A stretch of DNA of 48,037 nt, taken from an uncultured Eubacteriales bacterium. GTDB lineage: Bacteria > Bacillota > Clostridia > Oscillospirales > Acutalibacteraceae. Location: positions 1-48,037 of the forward strand of contig CAYUTE010000008.1 of NCBI GenBank assembly GCA_964447545.1, written 5' to 3'. The notes beneath the pieces were generated by a model. That model was not told where the DNA came from, did no database searches, and worked only from the letters and a program-made list of their open reading frames with translations. Made by a program: the position numbers and the translations under genes. Shown in pieces: positions 18,471 to 27,477 of the stretch (position 1 is the stretch's first letter; each line of letters opens with the position of its first letter).

Positions 18471-19202
18471 AACCAAATTTATGAGTTTTAATATATTGCA
18501 AGTTAAGAAACACATTATTAAGCCGACGACTGTAGGTAATATAAAAGCTACGATAGTCCACTTTATACTGTTTGTTTCTTTTTTTATTGTTAAACACGTG
18601 GTTCCGCACGGAAAGTGCATAAGCGAAAACATCATTGTGCAAATCGCTGTTATATAAGTCCAGCCATGAGAAACAAGGAGTTCTTTTAATTCAAATAAAG
18701 ATTCTGTTTCCATTATGCTGCCGGTACACATATAGCACATTATTATTATTGGGAATACTATTTCGTTTGCAGGGAACCCCAGTATAAACGCCATTAGTAT
18801 TACGCCATCGAGCCCTATCAATTTGGCAAAAGGGTCTAAAAATTGTGCGCAGTGCATCAGAACGCTTATATCATTTATTTTTATGTTTGCCATAAGCCAT
18901 ATTACTAATCCTGCAGGCGCCGCTACTGCTACCGCTCTGCCTAGCACGAAAATTGTTCTGTCGGCGATTGATCTTATCAGTATTTTGCCTATTTGAGGCT
19001 TTCTATATGGTGGGAGTTCCAATATAAATGATGAGGGTTCGCCTTTAAGCAATGTTACTGATAGTAGTTTTGATGTTAAAAATGTAACCACAAGCCCTAA
19101 AAGTATGAACATTGTGAGTATAGCCGCAGATATAAAAGAGCTGGCTCCTAAAAAATTTGAACCTAAAAAGAACATTGAAATTATTGAAATAAGCAGAGGG
19201 AA
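18465..19202 (-). CDS. feoB: feoB 3' segment (C-terminal membrane part of ferrous iron transporter B); split gene with no start signals of its own
   Basis: The frame is open from 19202 (FPLLISIISMFFLGS...). It contains LELPPYRKP and GFPANEIVFPIIIM, typical of the FeoB C-terminal Gate/nucleoside-recognition region. It continues exactly where the 28950..30386 fragment stops being FeoB-like. No SD precedes the internal Met at 19175. Confidence 0.85.
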   Translation of the reverse strand, partial: FPLLISIISMFFLGSNFLGASSFISAAILTMFILLGLVVTFLTSKLLSVTLLKGEPSSFILELPPYRKPQIGKILIRSIADRTIFVLGRAVAVAAPAGLVIWLMANIKINDISVLMHCAQFLDPFAKLIGLDGVILMAFILGFPANEIVFPIIIMCYMCTGSIMETESLFELKELLVSHGWTYITAICTMMFSLMHFPCGTTCLTIKKETNSIKWTIVAFILPTVVGLIMCFLTCNILKLINLVL

Positions 19203-19220
19203 TACACAGTTTAAACATGG
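19186..19220. other. Left junction (attL-like) of the feoB-intervening segment
   Basis: Plus strand: GCAGAGGG (feoB side), AAT core (19201-19203), then element arm TACACAGTTTAAACAT (19203-19218). Octamer CAGTTTAA is at 19207-19214, 4 nt from the AA core. Confidence 0.6.
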
Positions 19221-19226
19221 AAAGTT

Positions 19227-20567
19227 TTATTTAAAATATATTTTTAATGCTTCTCCATCCCATACGATTTCTTTTATAGTGCTATTTATAAATTCTTGCT
19301 TAATGTTTATTGGAGTTTTATCAAAAAAATCTTCGTGTTTTAAATACGGCATTATTTTTTCTAATTTTTTGCTTTTAGACTGAGATAAAAGTTTTTTAAC
19401 GCAACCGGTGAATACTTCTTTATCGACCTTTACACCGTTAAGATTTTTACATTGGCAAAAATTTAAACCTTTGTATATTTTATTGCTACAAATATAGTCG
19501 AAGCAAAATTTGCTTTTTGTATTTCTGATCTTAGTTAACATTTTGCCACCACATTTTTTGCATTTTATATATCCGGAAAGTATAGAATATTTTTCGGATT
19601 TTTTATTATGGGATTTATTTTTAGATATGTTAGATATGATTTTTTGAGTTTTAATCCAATTGCGCCCCGATATTATTCCGGTGTGTGTTCCAACTGATAT
19701 AATCCATTTTGAGTAATCGTTCGTACTTGCACAGTTTTTTTGATAGTGATATTTATTGTAAGAAAAAACCCCGAATTTATCGCTCCAATTGTTTTCGGTA
19801 AAACATATATCGGCATTTACTTTCTTAAAAAAATTAAAAGCATCTTTGTCTGCGATGCAATAAATAGGGTTGCGCAGTATTTTTTTTATTCCGGTGATTG
19901 AAAAATTCTTTAAGTTTGAATTTGGCTTTTCTAGATATCTTTTTACTTCCGAAAATGATTGTGTTTTAAGAAATATAGAATAAATTATTTTTATGTTGTC
20001 TATTTTTGATTCATCGGTTCTTAGATTAAATTTGTGTTTGACTTTGCCATACGAGTCTTTGGTAGTGATTTTAACCGATTTTAATCCATAAGGTGTTGTA
20101 CCGCCTAGCCACTGGGCGTTTTTAGCAAGCATCATCATGTTGTCTTTTACACGTTCTGCTATTGTTTCTCGTTCTAACTGAGAAAATACTGAAGCTATGT
20201 ACATCATTGCTCTGCCAATTGGGACCGATGTATCAAATTGTTCCTTTATACAAACGAATGATATATTATAAGAAATTAATTTTTCTATTAAATTTGAAAA
20301 ATCATTTATATTGCGACTTATCCTATCAAGTTTATAGCAGATAATATATGAAAACATATTGTTTTTTAAATCAGACATCATTTTTTGAAATCCCGGTCGT
20401 TCTGTGTTTTTCCCAGAAAACCCTTCGTCTTTGTAAATTAATATATCTGATTTTTTCAAGTTTGGTATATGATTAAGAGCGTATTCTTGGCACATATTTA
20501 TCTGGTTTTCTGCCGATTCTCCTTTATCGGTAAATTTGGATTTTCTGCTGTATATTGCAACTTTCAT
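19227..20567 (-). CDS. Large serine recombinase (resolvase catalytic domain + recombinase domain + zinc ribbon)
   Basis: N-terminal IYSRKSKFTDKGESAENQ (catalytic Ser context), YKLDRISRN, GRAMMYIASVFSQLERETIAERV. Zinc ribbon YIKCKKCGGKM...FCQC. 446 aa. Confidence 0.9.
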   Translation of the reverse strand: MKVAIYSRKSKFTDKGESAENQINMCQEYALNHIPNLKKSDILIYKDEGFSGKNTERPGFQKMMSDLKNNMFSYIICYKLDRISRNINDFSNLIEKLISYNISFVCIKEQFDTSVPIGRAMMYIASVFSQLERETIAERVKDNMMMLAKNAQWLGGTTPYGLKSVKITTKDSYGKVKHKFNLRTDESKIDNIKIIYSIFLKTQSFSEVKRYLEKPNSNLKNFSITGIKKILRNPIYCIADKDAFNFFKKVNADICFTENNWSDKFGVFSYNKYHYQKNCASTNDYSKWIISVGTHTGIISGRNWIKTQKIISNISKNKSHNKKSEKYSILSGYIKCKKCGGKMLTKIRNTKSKFCFDYICSNKIYKGLNFCQCKNLNGVKVDKEVFTGCVKKLLSQSKSKKLEKIMPYLKHEDFFDKTPINIKQEFINSTIKEIVWDGEALKIYFK

Positions 20568-20650
20568 TTGCAGATTTGTTCTCCTAATAATAAATATAAC
20601 TAATGTTCTACATCTAGATATATTGTGTTATTTGGCGTTTTTATGCAAAC

Positions 20651-20700
20651 AAATATCCCCACTGCTTTCCGTAGTTTGAATAGCAGTGGATATTGTTTTT
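20651..20700 (-). terminator. Hairpin separating fhs from the recombinase gene (works in either direction)
   Basis: Stem ATATCCCCACTGCT / AGCAGTGGATAT (20653-20666 / 20682-20693) with T-rich tracts on both sides. It lies 31 nt downstream of the fhs stop. Confidence 0.6.
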
Positions 20701-20730
20701 AGATTTTTGTTATAGCTTTTTATTTATTGT

Positions 20731-22398
20731 TTAGAACAGTCCTGAAATTTCTCCGTTTTTATTTATGTCAATGTTTTCGGCAGCAGGGTGTAGTGGAAGC
20801 CCCGGCATTCTTAATATGTTGCCCATAATAACAACTATGTATCCGGCACCATTTGAAAGATAAATGTTTTTTACTGTTACGGTAAAGTCTGATGGTGCTC
20901 CTAATTTTTGTGGGTCGTCAGATAGAGAATATTGAGTTTTTGCTACGCAAATAGGCAAGTTGGTTTTTCCTATATTTTCGATTTTTAATATATCTTTTTC
21001 TGCTTGCGGGGTATAGTATACATCTTTTGCGTGATAAATCTCTTTTGCAACTTTCTCTATTTTTTCTTTAATAGGAATATTAAGAGGGTAGATGGGGGAA
21101 AAGTTTTCCGGCTCATCACAAGCTTTTATTACGTCTTTAGCAAGTTCTTTGCCGCCTTCGCCACCTTTAGCAAACACTTCTGATACTGAAATTTTGCAGT
21201 TTAATTTTTTACAAAGCTCTTTTACTATATTTATTTCATCAGTAGTGTCTGTTTGAAATTTATTTATGGTTACAACAACAGGTACTCCGTATTTTTTCAT
21301 ATTTAAAATGTGCGATTTAAGATTACAAATACCTAATTTAAGAGCTTCTATATTTTCATTCTTTAAATTTTCTAATTTTTCTTTACCGTTGTATTTAAGT
21401 GCTCTTATTGTTGCAACTATAACGATACATGAAGGTTTTAAATCTGCTAATCTGCATTTAATATCTAAAAACTTTTCTGCACCTAGGTCGGCGCCGAACC
21501 CGGCTTCTGTGATGCAGTAATCTCCAAGTTTTAACGCAAGCTTTGTTGCCCTTACTGAATTGCATCCGTGTGCGATGTTTGCAAACGGTCCGCCGTGCAT
21601 TATTACCGGCGACTCTTCGATTGTTTGAACAAGATTTGGCTTTATTGCCTCTTTAAGTAGTGTGGCCATAGCACCTTGTATATTTAAATCTTTTGCATAT
21701 AGAGGATTCCCGCTATAATCATAAGCAATTAAAATTTCCCCAAGTTTTAATTTTAAATCTTCTAAATTTTCTGCCATACAGAGTATTGCCATTATTTCTG
21801 TTGCAACAGTTATTACAAAGCCATCTTCACGTGGGAATCCGTTAATTTCTCCACCAAGTCCTACTACAATATTTCTAAGCGCACGGTCGTTTATATCTAG
21901 ACAGCGTTTTACCAAAATTCTTCGTGGATCTATTTTAATTTTATTTCCTTGATGAATATGGTTGTCTATTACAGCGCACAGAAGATTGTTTGCAGCTGTG
22001 ATTGCATGCATATCTCCGGTAAAATGCAGGTTTATATCTTCCATAGGTAGCACTTGCGAATATCCGCCACCTGTTGCGCCTCCTTTAATTCCAAAAACCG
22101 GTCCTAAAGATGGTTCTCTTAGTGCGATTACGGTTTTTTTACCAAGCGAGTTCAGAGCTTGACCTAATCCTATTGTAATTGTAGTTTTGCCTTCTCCGGC
22201 AGGAGTAGGGTTAACCGCTGTTACCAGTACTAGTTTGCCGTCTTTTTTATTTTTAGATTTTTCAAAAACTTGTTCCGATATTTTAGCCTTATATTTACCG
22301 TAGTTTTCTATATCCTCTGCATAAAGTCCTAGTTTCTCTGCTATTTTAATTATAGGTTTAATATCTGCTTTTTGAGCGATTTCAATATCTGAGAGCAT
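20731..22398 (-). CDS. fhs: Formate--tetrahydrofolate ligase
   Basis: 555 aa. [11 protein letters not shown]..., nucleotide loop [14 protein letters not shown], full-length FTHFS pattern. Confidence 0.95.
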   Translation of the reverse strand: MLSDIEIAQKADIKPIIKIAEKLGLYAEDIENYGKYKAKISEQVFEKSKNKKDGKLVLVTAVNPTPAGEGKTTITIGLGQALNSLGKKTVIALREPSLGPVFGIKGGATGGGYSQVLPMEDINLHFTGDMHAITAANNLLCAVIDNHIHQGNKIKIDPRRILVKRCLDINDRALRNIVVGLGGEINGFPREDGFVITVATEIMAILCMAENLEDLKLKLGEILIAYDYSGNPLYAKDLNIQGAMATLLKEAIKPNLVQTIEESPVIMHGGPFANIAHGCNSVRATKLALKLGDYCITEAGFGADLGAEKFLDIKCRLADLKPSCIVIVATIRALKYNGKEKLENLKNENIEALKLGICNLKSHILNMKKYGVPVVVTINKFQTDTTDEINIVKELCKKLNCKISVSEVFAKGGEGGKELAKDVIKACDEPENFSPIYPLNIPIKEKIEKVAKEIYHAKDVYYTPQAEKDILKIENIGKTNLPICVAKTQYSLSDDPQKLGAPSDFTVTVKNIYLSNGAGYIVVIMGNILRMPGLPLHPAAENIDINKNGEISGLF

Positions 22399-22418
22399 AT
22401 CTTATTACCTCCTGAAGA

Positions 22419-23624
22419 TTATTTTAAGAGTTTTTGAATTACCTTGTATATGTTTTTTAAGCAATCTGATTTATCGAATTTTTGACAGTTGAGTTTCATG
22501 GCATTTAGTCTTTTAGGGTCGGTTAATAAATTTTCTATAATCTTTATATCATACTTTCCACCGGTTAATCTAACTGCCATATTGTTTTTTACTAAAAAGT
22601 TGGCGTTTTCTTCTTCTTGGCCCGGTATTGCGTTAAAAAGTGCCATAGGCAAGTTGCAAGCTAATGCTTCGCTTACAGTCAGTCCTCCGGGTTTAGTGAT
22701 TATTAAATCAGATGATTGCATATATTTGCTTACTTCATTTGTAAAGTATATTACTTTGGTCTTTTTACGATTATCTTTATTATCAAAACTCAATTTTTTT
22801 GGTTTTTTTATTAATCTTAATTTTTTTAAATTTAAATGTTTTAGGATGAATTTTCTTTTTTTGATTTCTTCTCCAGAAGCTAGCATACGTATGTTATTAT
22901 ATAATTTTTGGTTTTTGCCGGTTATTATTATTATTTGTACATCTGTTTTTAATGATTGTAATTTTTCATAAATTTCTGCTATGTTTGCAATACCGCCGCA
23001 TCCTGCCATCATCAAAATTGTGGGGACGCCCTGAGAAAACCCTATGCTTTTTAAGACTTCTTCTTTGTTTTTAGGAGAGTGAAAGTCTTCGTTGATGGGT
23101 ATTCCAAACGGATAAATTATTTTTGGATCCACGCCGATTTCTTCCATAGGTTTTATCATTTGATCATTTGCAACTATATAGGCATCGGTTTTATCGTTAA
23201 TCCATGTCCTGTGCGGTGCGTAGTCTGTCATTACGCATACAAGTGGCACAGTTATCTTTCCGGCTGATTTTAAGCTTGAAATCATTTCCGCCGCAAATGG
23301 GTGAGTTACGATTATAATATCCGGATTAAAATCATTAATACTGGGCAATAGCTTTTTACTTATAGTGCCGTTAACAGTAGCAACCAATTTACTTACAGCC
23401 GCTTGGTTATTTGATGTATCATACATTAATTTCCAAAGATGTTTATGGCTTTTGGCTATGTGACCATATATTTCAATAACCGTTTTATTTAATATACGAC
23501 TGATGGTTTCTATGGTGTCTAGCATTTTTACTTCGGCACCATTGTTTTTTAGATATTCGTTTATTGCTTTTGCGGCACTTATATGCCCGCCGCCTGTTTT
23601 AGCTGATAATATAATAACTTTCAC
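22419..23624 (-). CDS. GT28/MGDG-synthase-family glycolipid glycosyltransferase (UgtP-like)
   Basis: N-terminal SAKTGGGH, C-terminal DLIITKPGGLTVSEALA...PGQEEENA. It has a Lys-rich insertion of roughly 35 aa between the two Rossmann halves. GTG start 6 nt after AGAGG. Confidence 0.75.
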   Translation of the reverse strand: MKVIILSAKTGGGHISAAKAINEYLKNNGAEVKMLDTIETISRILNKTVIEIYGHIAKSHKHLWKLMYDTSNNQAAVSKLVATVNGTISKKLLPSINDFNPDIIIVTHPFAAEMISSLKSAGKITVPLVCVMTDYAPHRTWINDKTDAYIVANDQMIKPMEEIGVDPKIIYPFGIPINEDFHSPKNKEEVLKSIGFSQGVPTILMMAGCGGIANIAEIYEKLQSLKTDVQIIIITGKNQKLYNNIRMLASGEEIKKRKFILKHLNLKKLRLIKKPKKLSFDNKDNRKKTKVIYFTNEVSKYMQSSDLIITKPGGLTVSEALACNLPMALFNAIPGQEEENANFLVKNNMAVRLTGGKYDIKIIENLLTDPKRLNAMKLNCQKFDKSDCLKNIYKVIQKLLK

Positions 23625-23625
23625 T

Positions 23626-24573
23626 TTATACCTCTGGAATATTATTATTTTCGCCGAGTATAGTTTTTCCTGTTAGCTTGTTTCCTCTTGTAAAGTCTGC
23701 TGCAGACATACGTTTTTTACCCGCTATTTGAACTTCTTCAAGCTCTAAACTTGTATTATTCCCACAGCCGATAATTAGGGGATTGACGCTTATAATTTGA
23801 CCGGGATTACAAATTCTTTTATCGCTTATTTTAGCTTTATAAATTTTGAAAAGTGTTTTGTTTAATGCTGTATACGCTATAGGCCACGGGTTTAGCCCCC
23901 TTATTAAATTGTTGATTTCAGTAGCAGATTTAATCCAATCTATTTTTCCGAGCGATTTATCTAATGGTGGAGAAAATGTCGCTTCTGACTCATTTTGTTT
24001 TATGCGCTTTATAGTGCCTTGTTCAATCTCCGATATGGTTTTAATAAGAAGGTCTGCGCCTATTTGTGAAAGACGCAATTTTAATTCTTCAGACGTTTCA
24101 TTTTCATATATGGGAGTTTTTTCTTGTAGAAGGATATCGCCTGTATCTAAGCCCTCGTTCATAAACATGGTAGTAATTCCGGTTACGCTGTCGCCATTTA
24201 TTATGCTCCATTGTATAGGCGCTGCTCCTCTATACTTTGGCAAAAGCGAGCCATGGACGTTAATGCAACCGTATTTAGGGAAATCTAATATATTTTTTTT
24301 CAATATTTTTCCGTATGCAACAACTACTATTAATTCTGGATTTAATTTTTTTACTATATCAAAAACTTCCGGGTCTTTCAAATTTTCAGGTTGATAAACT
24401 GCAATACTGTTTTCCTCTGCATAAATTTTTACAGGTGGAGGAGTTATTATCATTTTCCGTCCTTGTGGCTTGTCCGGTTTTGTGAATACTGCGCATATCT
24501 CGTGATTATTTTTTATTAGTGCTTTTAAAGATGGAACTGCGAATTCAGGAGTCCCCATAAAAAGTATTTTCAA
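23626..24573 (-). CDS. fmt: Methionyl-tRNA formyltransferase
   Basis: MKILFMGTPEFAVPSL, HGSLLPKYRGAAPIQWSIING, C-terminal OB-like domain. Confidence 0.95.
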   Translation of the reverse strand: MKILFMGTPEFAVPSLKALIKNNHEICAVFTKPDKPQGRKMIITPPPVKIYAEENSIAVYQPENLKDPEVFDIVKKLNPELIVVVAYGKILKKNILDFPKYGCINVHGSLLPKYRGAAPIQWSIINGDSVTGITTMFMNEGLDTGDILLQEKTPIYENETSEELKLRLSQIGADLLIKTISEIEQGTIKRIKQNESEATFSPPLDKSLGKIDWIKSATEINNLIRGLNPWPIAYTALNKTLFKIYKAKISDKRICNPGQIISVNPLIIGCGNNTSLELEEVQIAGKKRMSAADFTRGNKLTGKTILGENNNIPEV

Positions 24574-24754
24574 ATTTATTTCACCTCAGAGCGTTCAAGC
24601 TGTTTCTTTTGCTTTTTAAAATATATAAATTATGATATTACATTTTAGAAGTATTTTCAATAATCCTGTATGTATAGCCGGTTCTCTATTTATAATAAGC
24701 TCAATATGTGATATAATTATTTTTAGAGTTTTAAAAAAACCGAGGGGGATTAGT

Positions 24755-25822
24755 GTGTTTAAACGTCTTGAAAATATACAAAAAAGATATAATGAAGTTA
24801 ACGAAGCGTTGTGTGATACAAAGATTTTATCTGACCAGCAAGAATATAAAAAATTTATGAAAGAGTATAAAAATCTAACTCCTATAATAGAAAAATACGC
24901 AGAATATAAAAAAGAAGAAGCTAGCGCTCTAGAGGCAAAAGAGTTACTATCGGACAATGATTGTGACAAAGAATTTAAAGATATGGCACAAGCTCAGCTT
25001 GACTCTTCAAAAGAAAATATTCAAAAAATTTCTGAAGAACTTAAAATCTTGCTTTTGCCCAAAGACCCCAATGATGAAAAAAATGTAATTATGGAGATAC
25101 GTGGCGGAGCAGGCGGAGAAGAAGCAGCTTTGTTTTCTAGTGTTCTGTTCAGAATGTATAATATGTATTCTCAGGCTAAACACTGGAAAGTAGAAATTCT
25201 CAATGCAAACGAAACACAGCTTGGTGGATATAAAGAGATAAGTTTTATGGTTTCCGGAGAAGGAGCATATTCAAAGTTAAAATTTGAAAGCGGTGTTCAC
25301 AGAGTTCAAAGAGTGCCTGATACAGAAACTCAAGGGCGTGTTCATACGTCAACGGTTACAGTAGCAGTTTTGCCGGAGGCAGATGATGTTGAAATTGAGA
25401 TAAATCCAAGTGATTTACAAATAGATACATATAGATCCGGCGGAGCAGGTGGCCAACACGTAAATAAAACTGAATCGGCAATAAGAATAACTCATATTCC
25501 TACAGGTCTTGTAGTAGAATGCCAAGATGAGCGCAGCCAGTATAAAAACAAAGATAAAGCTATGAAGGTTCTAAAATCAAGATTACTTGACTTAAAACGT
25601 TCTGAACAAGAATCTGCTGTTGCTCAGGAACGTCGTTCACAAGTTGGAACGGGTGACCGTTCGGAGCGTATAAGAACATATAATTATCCGCAGAGCAGAG
25701 TTACAGACCATAGAATAGGTTTAACACTTTATAGACTTGAAGATGTTCTAAATGGCGATTTAGATGAAATTATTGACAGTTTAATAACAGCGGATCGTGC
25801 AGCAAAACTTGCAGGAAATTAA
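24755..25822 (+). CDS. prfA: Peptide chain release factor 1
   Basis: GTG start 6 nt after GAGGGGGA gives a 355-aa protein starting [15 protein letters not shown]. It has the GGQ motif [12 protein letters not shown] and [14 protein letters not shown]. The ORF-track start at 24632 adds a non-homologous extension. Confidence 0.95.
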   Translation: MFKRLENIQKRYNEVNEALCDTKILSDQQEYKKFMKEYKNLTPIIEKYAEYKKEEASALEAKELLSDNDCDKEFKDMAQAQLDSSKENIQKISEELKILLLPKDPNDEKNVIMEIRGGAGGEEAALFSSVLFRMYNMYSQAKHWKVEILNANETQLGGYKEISFMVSGEGAYSKLKFESGVHRVQRVPDTETQGRVHTSTVTVAVLPEADDVEIEINPSDLQIDTYRSGGAGGQHVNKTESAIRITHIPTGLVVECQDERSQYKNKDKAMKVLKSRLLDLKRSEQESAVAQERRSQVGTGDRSERIRTYNYPQSRVTDHRIGLTLYRLEDVLNGDLDEIIDSLITADRAAKLAGN

Positions 25823-25851
25823 ATTTATCTATTTGGTGAAAGGAAATAAAT

Positions 25852-26862
25852 TTGAAAACTAAGATTTTAAATTCAAATCAAACGGATATTGCGGCAGATA
25901 TTTTAAAATCCGGTGGATTAGTTGCAATACCGACTGAAACAGTTTATGGTTTGGCCGCAAGCGCATACAAACCGCAGTCTATAAAAAATATTTTTATTGC
26001 CAAAGGTCGCCCTATGGATAACCCTTTAATAGTCCATATCGCTGATATAAAAAATATTTATGAAGTGGTTTCAGAGTTCCATGAAACAGCTCAAAAATTG
26101 GCAGAAAAATTTTGGCCCGGCCCTCTTACTATGATATTACCTAAAAATTCTAAAATCCCAAACGAAGTCTGCGCAGGGCTTAGCTCTGTGGCTGTTAGAT
26201 TCCCATCAAATAAAATAGCTCAAGAAATAATTTTGAAAACGGGAGAACCTCTTGTTGCTCCGTCGGCCAATCTTTCGGGTAAGCCGAGCCCGACCAAGTT
26301 CGAACACGTTTTTGAAGATTTAAATAGTAAAATTGATGCGATTGTAGACGGTGGAGATTGTACTGTGGGGCTTGAGTCAACCGTTGTTTCGCTTTTGGAA
26401 GAAATTCCAAGAATACTAAGACCCGGGGCTATAAGCGCTGACGATATAAAAAACACTGTTGGATGCGTTAAAATTGACGATGCAGTGTTTAAAAAATCAA
26501 AAGCCGGAGAAAAAGTTCTTTCACCCGGAATGAAATATAAGCATTATTCTCCAAAAACTCCGGTAACTATGATTATTAGTAGCGCAGAGAAATATTCCGA
26601 ATTTATAAATTCAAAGAAAAACGATAATATAATAGCACTTTGCTTTAATGAAGACATTCAAAACATAAATGTGCCATATGTATCATATGGAGGGTCTGAT
26701 GACGTTAAAACGCAGGCTCAAAAATTATTTGGTGCGTTAAGAGATGCCGATAAACTTCAAGGAACTCATATTTATGCCCATTATAAGGATGTTAATGGAT
26801 TTAGTGTTGCAGTTTATAATCGGCTGGTAAGGGCTGCGGGATTTGATATTATAAATCTATAA
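25852..26862 (+). CDS. tsaC: L-threonylcarbamoyladenylate synthase (TsaC/YwlC/Sua5 long form)
   Basis: YrdC domain IPTETVYGLAA...SANLSGKPS, plus a Sua5 C-terminal domain. TTG start after GAAAGGAA. Confidence 0.9.
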   Translation: MKTKILNSNQTDIAADILKSGGLVAIPTETVYGLAASAYKPQSIKNIFIAKGRPMDNPLIVHIADIKNIYEVVSEFHETAQKLAEKFWPGPLTMILPKNSKIPNEVCAGLSSVAVRFPSNKIAQEIILKTGEPLVAPSANLSGKPSPTKFEHVFEDLNSKIDAIVDGGDCTVGLESTVVSLLEEIPRILRPGAISADDIKNTVGCVKIDDAVFKKSKAGEKVLSPGMKYKHYSPKTPVTMIISSAEKYSEFINSKKNDNIIALCFNEDIQNINVPYVSYGGSDDVKTQAQKLFGALRDADKLQGTHIYAHYKDVNGFSVAVYNRLVRAAGFDIINL

Positions 26863-26872
26863 GAAAAGGGGT

Positions 26873-27454
26873 GTGTGCAGCATAGATATAAAATCAAAGA
26901 AACGAATAATTAGCTTAGTTTTTGTTTTATCTCTAGTACTTTTTGGATTGATTGTTATATATAAAGGTTCCAAGTCCATATTTAAATATTTTTATCCTAT
27001 AAACTACGAGGATATAGTAACTGAAGCTTCAAATAAGTATGGCGTTGAAAAAGAGTTAATATATGCTATAATTAAGTGTGAAAGCGGATTTGATAAATCA
27101 GCACATTCGCATGCAGATGCGGTGGGGTTGATGCAAATAACCCCAGGAACTTTTAAATGGCTTAGGGATAAATCGAAAGATGATTTAAGCAGCTATTCTG
27201 ATATTTCTGATCCGCGTACAAATATCATGTGCGGAACATATTTGATTTCGTTTTTAAGAAATAGGTATAAAAATTTAGATGTTGCGCTTTGTGCGTACAA
27301 TGCAGGTATTACCACGACTGATAAATGGATTAGAACAAATAAAATATCTAAGGATAATATGGATTATTCTGAAATTCCATATAATGAAACCAAAAATTAT
27401 GTAAAGCGTGTTAAACGTGCCAGAGAGATTTATAAAAAATTATATTTTAGTTGA
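26873..27454 (+). CDS. Membrane-anchored lytic transglycosylase (SLT domain)
   Basis: N-terminal TM, catalytic CESGFD, GLMQI, AYNAG. The start codon is uncertain because the SD is very close to the GTG at 26873. Confidence 0.75.
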   Translation: MCSIDIKSKKRIISLVFVLSLVLFGLIVIYKGSKSIFKYFYPINYEDIVTEASNKYGVEKELIYAIIKCESGFDKSAHSHADAVGLMQITPGTFKWLRDKSKDDLSSYSDISDPRTNIMCGTYLISFLRNRYKNLDVALCAYNAGITTTDKWIRTNKISKDNMDYSEIPYNETKNYVKRVKRAREIYKKLYFS

Positions 27455-27477
27455 TTTTAAAGAAAGGAACTGGATTT

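Noticed and set aside
19105-19383. A 92-aa plus-strand ORF spanning the left junction.
   Set aside because: It is antisense to both the feoB 3' segment and the recombinase 3' end. It has no SD and a low-complexity composition. It is a shadow ORF.
20568-20650. A sigma-E/sigma-K (mother-cell) promoter for the recombinase.
   Set aside because: Only a poor match is present (ACAATAT-N14-CATTAGTT; the -10 matches about 5 of 8 consensus positions). In AT-rich DNA such matches arise by chance. It is mentioned as a hypothesis but not annotated.
22489-24394. Long antisense ORFs opposite the glycosyltransferase and fmt genes (160 aa and 182 aa). The same applies to 5602..5979, 40454..40858, 41831..42247, 4047..4394, 10031..10324 and others in the track.
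   Set aside because: Each lies entirely within a well-supported conserved gene on the other strand. They have no recognisable motifs or ribosome-binding sites. These are typical shadow ORFs.
24632-24754. The N-terminal 41-codon extension of the prfA ORF in the ORF track.
   Set aside because: The extension is hydrophobic, not RF1-like, and has no SD. A GTG at 24755 preceded by GAGGGGGA gives a canonical 355-aa RF1.
24616-24969. A 117-aa minus-strand ORF in the fmt/prfA divergent region, considered as a possible small element-encoded factor (RDF).
   Set aside because: It runs antisense to the prfA 5' end. It is low-complexity (Ser/Leu/Phe/Ile-rich), as expected for the antisense frame of an AT-rich gene, and has no SD.
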